Assembly (NCBI GenBank): GCA_965240325.2
Contig: OZ251224.1
Location: 3,534,001-3,598,000, forward strand
From: Rebecca billardiae RCC1528
Lineage: Eukaryota > Protista > Haptophyta
Length of the DNA: 64,000 bases
Reading direction: 5' to 3'
Position numbers and translations under genes: made by a program. Under the pieces are notes generated by a model that was not told the origin of the DNA, made no database searches, and saw only the letters and a program-made list of their open reading frames with translations. The number at the start of each line of letters is the position of its first letter. Within the stretch, counting starts at the first letter, position 1. Of this stretch, positions 62,601-64,000 are shown piece after piece.

Positions 62601-64000
62601 CAGGGCGGCGAGGGCGGCGGCGCGTCGGGCGCGCACGCGGTGCGCACCGTGCCCATCCACCCCGAGTTCCGCGTGATCGCCCTCGCCAACCGGCCGGGCC
62701 ACCCCTTCCTGGGCAACGACTTTTTCCGCGAGTGTGGCGACGTGTTTGCTTCGCACGTCGTCGACAACCCTGACCCGCATGCGGAGGCGACGCTGATCGC
62801 GCGCGCCGCGCCGGGCGTGCCGCACGAGCTGGCGTGGCGGATCGCGTGCCTGTTCGCCGAGCTGCGGGCGCACGTGGCGGAGGGGCTGCTCACCTACCCG
62901 TACTCCACGCGCGAGGCCGTCCAGCTCGCGCGCCACCTCGAGGCGTACCCGCGGGACGGGCTCGTGGGCGCGTCCGAAAACATCTTTTGCTTCGACGAGC
63001 ACGACCCGGCGCTCGCCGCGCAGCTCGCGGCCGTGCTGCGGCACCACGGGATCCCCGTGGTCGGCGGGGGCGGGCTCGCGGGCGCGGGCGCGCGGTTCGT
63101 CGAGGCGCTCGCCGAGCGCGTGCCGCTGCCGCCGCTCGAGCCAACTGAGCTCTGGAGCCTCGGAACAGCGCCGCGCGAGGGCGGCGCCGCGCGGCGCGCG
63201 ACTCCCGCCGCCCGCGCCGAGCCGGCGGCGGCGGCTCCGCTCGAGCTGAGCGCAACCCTCGAAGACCTGACCGCCGACGTGCGCACGTTCGCGCTCGAGA
63301 ACCCGCCGCCGGTGCCGCTGGGCGAGAGTGCCGCCGAGGGCGCGCTCAGCCCGGGCCGGATGGAAATCTTCTCAGAGGAGAGGCTTCGGCTGCGGCTGCC
63401 GCGCGCGCGCGACGGCAAGCCGACTGCCATCGTCTCGGTGGCGGCGACGGCGGACGGCCGCGTGCACGCGCTGAGCGCGGACCTGTGCCTGCACTCGGTC
63501 GACCCGGCGGCGCGGGCGCGAACCGAGCTCGAGCTCGGCGGGATCTTCCTGCACGCGGCGCGCGGCGTCGGCCGCGGCGCGCGCGTGTGGCTACTGCCCC
63601 CGCGCCCGGCCGCGGCCGGCTCGGGCGGCGAGGAGGAGGAGGAGGCGGAGGCGTCGACGCCAGAGCTGGCTCTGTGGGCGCCCGCGGCAGGGCTGCTGCT
63701 CACGCTGGCGCGGCGCAACGGCGGAGCGGCGGGCGCCGAGGCGGGAGCCGACGGCGCGGCGCGCGCCGAGGCGGGGCGGCCGCCCTCGATCGGATTCGAC
63801 GTTGTGCGATCGGTGCGCGTGCCCGCCGCGCTGCGCCCGCCGCAGTCGTTCGGCCTTGGCGCGCGCGCGCTGTTCGGCGGCGGCGGCGGGCAGGCGGGCG
63901 CGGCGGGCGCGAGCGGCGCTCCGGAGTGGCGCGCCGCGGCCGGCTGCGCGCGCTGGGCGAGCTGGCTCCCGCCGTCGGCGGAGGGCGAGGGCGAGAGCCT
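59625..64000 (+). CDS. VWA8: von Willebrand factor A domain-containing protein 8 (multi-AAA+ ATPase), 3' end outside window
   Basis: Not in the ORF track because it has no stop. ATG 59625, mitochondrial-type presequence, WMAKKAALRQDMFLLGAPGP..EYVALTRDTSEADLKQRRE..LEGVEKAERNMLPLLNNLLENREM; in-frame Walker A GSKGSGKT (~61095) and GDQGVGKN (~62220); YPYSTRE. Confidence 0.93.
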   Translation, partial: MAMRRLSAAPMRRLAALSRTVGPPIAPHRGLLTHRVPCTPPGDGLRAVEGANAERVLAWMAKKAALRQDMFLLGAPGPEMRRLAFRFCELARRECEYVALTRDTSEADLKQRREIESGTMAYVDQPAVRAALHGRVLVLEGVEKAERNMLPLLNNLLENREMSLDDGRFLVAPARYDSLLSEGSSAAELEARGLVRVSPDFLVIALGLPVAAFGGTPLDPPLRSRFQACTLHPLPPAARAAALAALAPAVPPEQLVRVSTATDALRLLSSLERGGGGGGGGGGASAASAQRGWGAVPWLPEAALAPLARGLNVLGNFGGAPEASAAGAAEAAAVLLHRALPYSLLAPQAAAATSGALRQCGLLPPAHPSAPPDAAGAAGGGGAPGADAAVQPPSLGLRLEAVAPGAAPPADPKREGARAAAGDPAAPRVLSLELANALGARVRLEAALAGEGGALRGAGPLRSELALASQEEALGALVQSHALGADSCVVGSKGSGKTQLARRFARALGYHVATMHCYQDMTSRDLLQRRATDARGDTVWQDSLLVRAAREGWLAVLDGVHRLAPGVLPAALGPLLTDRHAELPDGTRLLSAEQWDALRARGHSAAELGRCGCVRVHPAFRVLATAEPPDAARPWLGPEVLPCFQFHVLPASPPAEVIEQLGARLERAAADAHGGAGGGAGGGAGGGAARADGVPPADARAALGKLRALADALWAGLEHDPALRASLLSTRALCRLGASAVARPEQLDASVRRLIAPRLRSMPAAAREAVHELLGAAGVLHASTALPGLARGGAPAAALAESDLTSLDADGHLRIGAVRSARQVPSAPARPELVPEIEFHETAAHAAVLAEMLADDNAGHALLLLGDQGVGKNKLCDRLLQLLRREREYVQLHRDTTLQALTLAPTLEGGVVVWRDSPLVRAATLGRTLVVDEADKAPLEVVCVLRSLIEDGELQLADGRFLSRAASLAGAAAPGAAGAAAAGAAAGGAPRGQGGEGGGASGAHAVRTVPIHPEFRVIALANRPGHPFLGNDFFRECGDVFASHVVDNPDPHAEATLIARAAPGVPHELAWRIACLFAELRAHVAEGLLTYPYSTREAVQLARHLEAYPRDGLVGASENIFCFDEHDPALAAQLAAVLRHHGIPVVGGGGLAGAGARFVEALAERVPLPPLEPTELWSLGTAPREGGAARRATPAARAEPAAAAPLELSATLEDLTADVRTFALENPPPVPLGESAAEGALSPGRMEIFSEERLRLRLPRARDGKPTAIVSVAATADGRVHALSADLCLHSVDPAARARTELELGGIFLHAARGVGRGARVWLLPPRPAAAGSGGEEEEEAEASTPELALWAPAAGLLLTLARRNGGAAGAEAGADGAARAEAGRPPSIGFDVVRSVRVPAALRPPQSFGLGARALFGGGGGQAGAAGASGAPEWRAAAGCARWASWLPPSAEGEGES

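Noticed and set aside
59331-63718. Long minus-strand and alternate-frame ORFs (464, 678, 690 aa etc.)
   Set aside because: Arg/Ala-rich shadows of VWA8 caused by high GC. The same applies to e.g. 5727-7994, 24306-25733, 31488-33413 and 38438-41311.

Overview
Very GC-rich, gene-dense eukaryotic nuclear DNA with few short spliceosomal introns (GT-AG and one GC-AG). The style suggests a haptophyte/Pavlovophyceae-like alga, which is inference and not proven. About 20 real genes can be supported; most other long ORFs in the track are GC-driven shadow frames. Recognisable genes: GT-A glycosyltransferase with a fascin-like domain, RPL35A (eL33), TPR-ankyrin-methyltransferase, adenine/adenosine deaminase, ENT nucleoside transporter, a two-TM protein with a degenerate tankyrase-like PARP domain, ABCB half-transporter, secreted TupA-like ATP-grasp protein, Sel1-repeat/MYND protein, a giant coiled-coil protein, sulfotransferase, WDR7, sphingosine/DAG kinase, ATMIN/STOP1-like zinc finger, arylsulfatase and VWA8 (runs off the right end). 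Non-genic highlights: a tRNA-derived SINE with a highly structured tail (2 full copies plus a tail remnant); a decayed Helitron-type PIF1 block with a near-identical 1573-bp tandem duplication and a phased TTACTTGG array; a ~1-kb TIR element family (2 copies); five short head-to-head promoters; and unusual micro-duplication-rich intergenic DNA.
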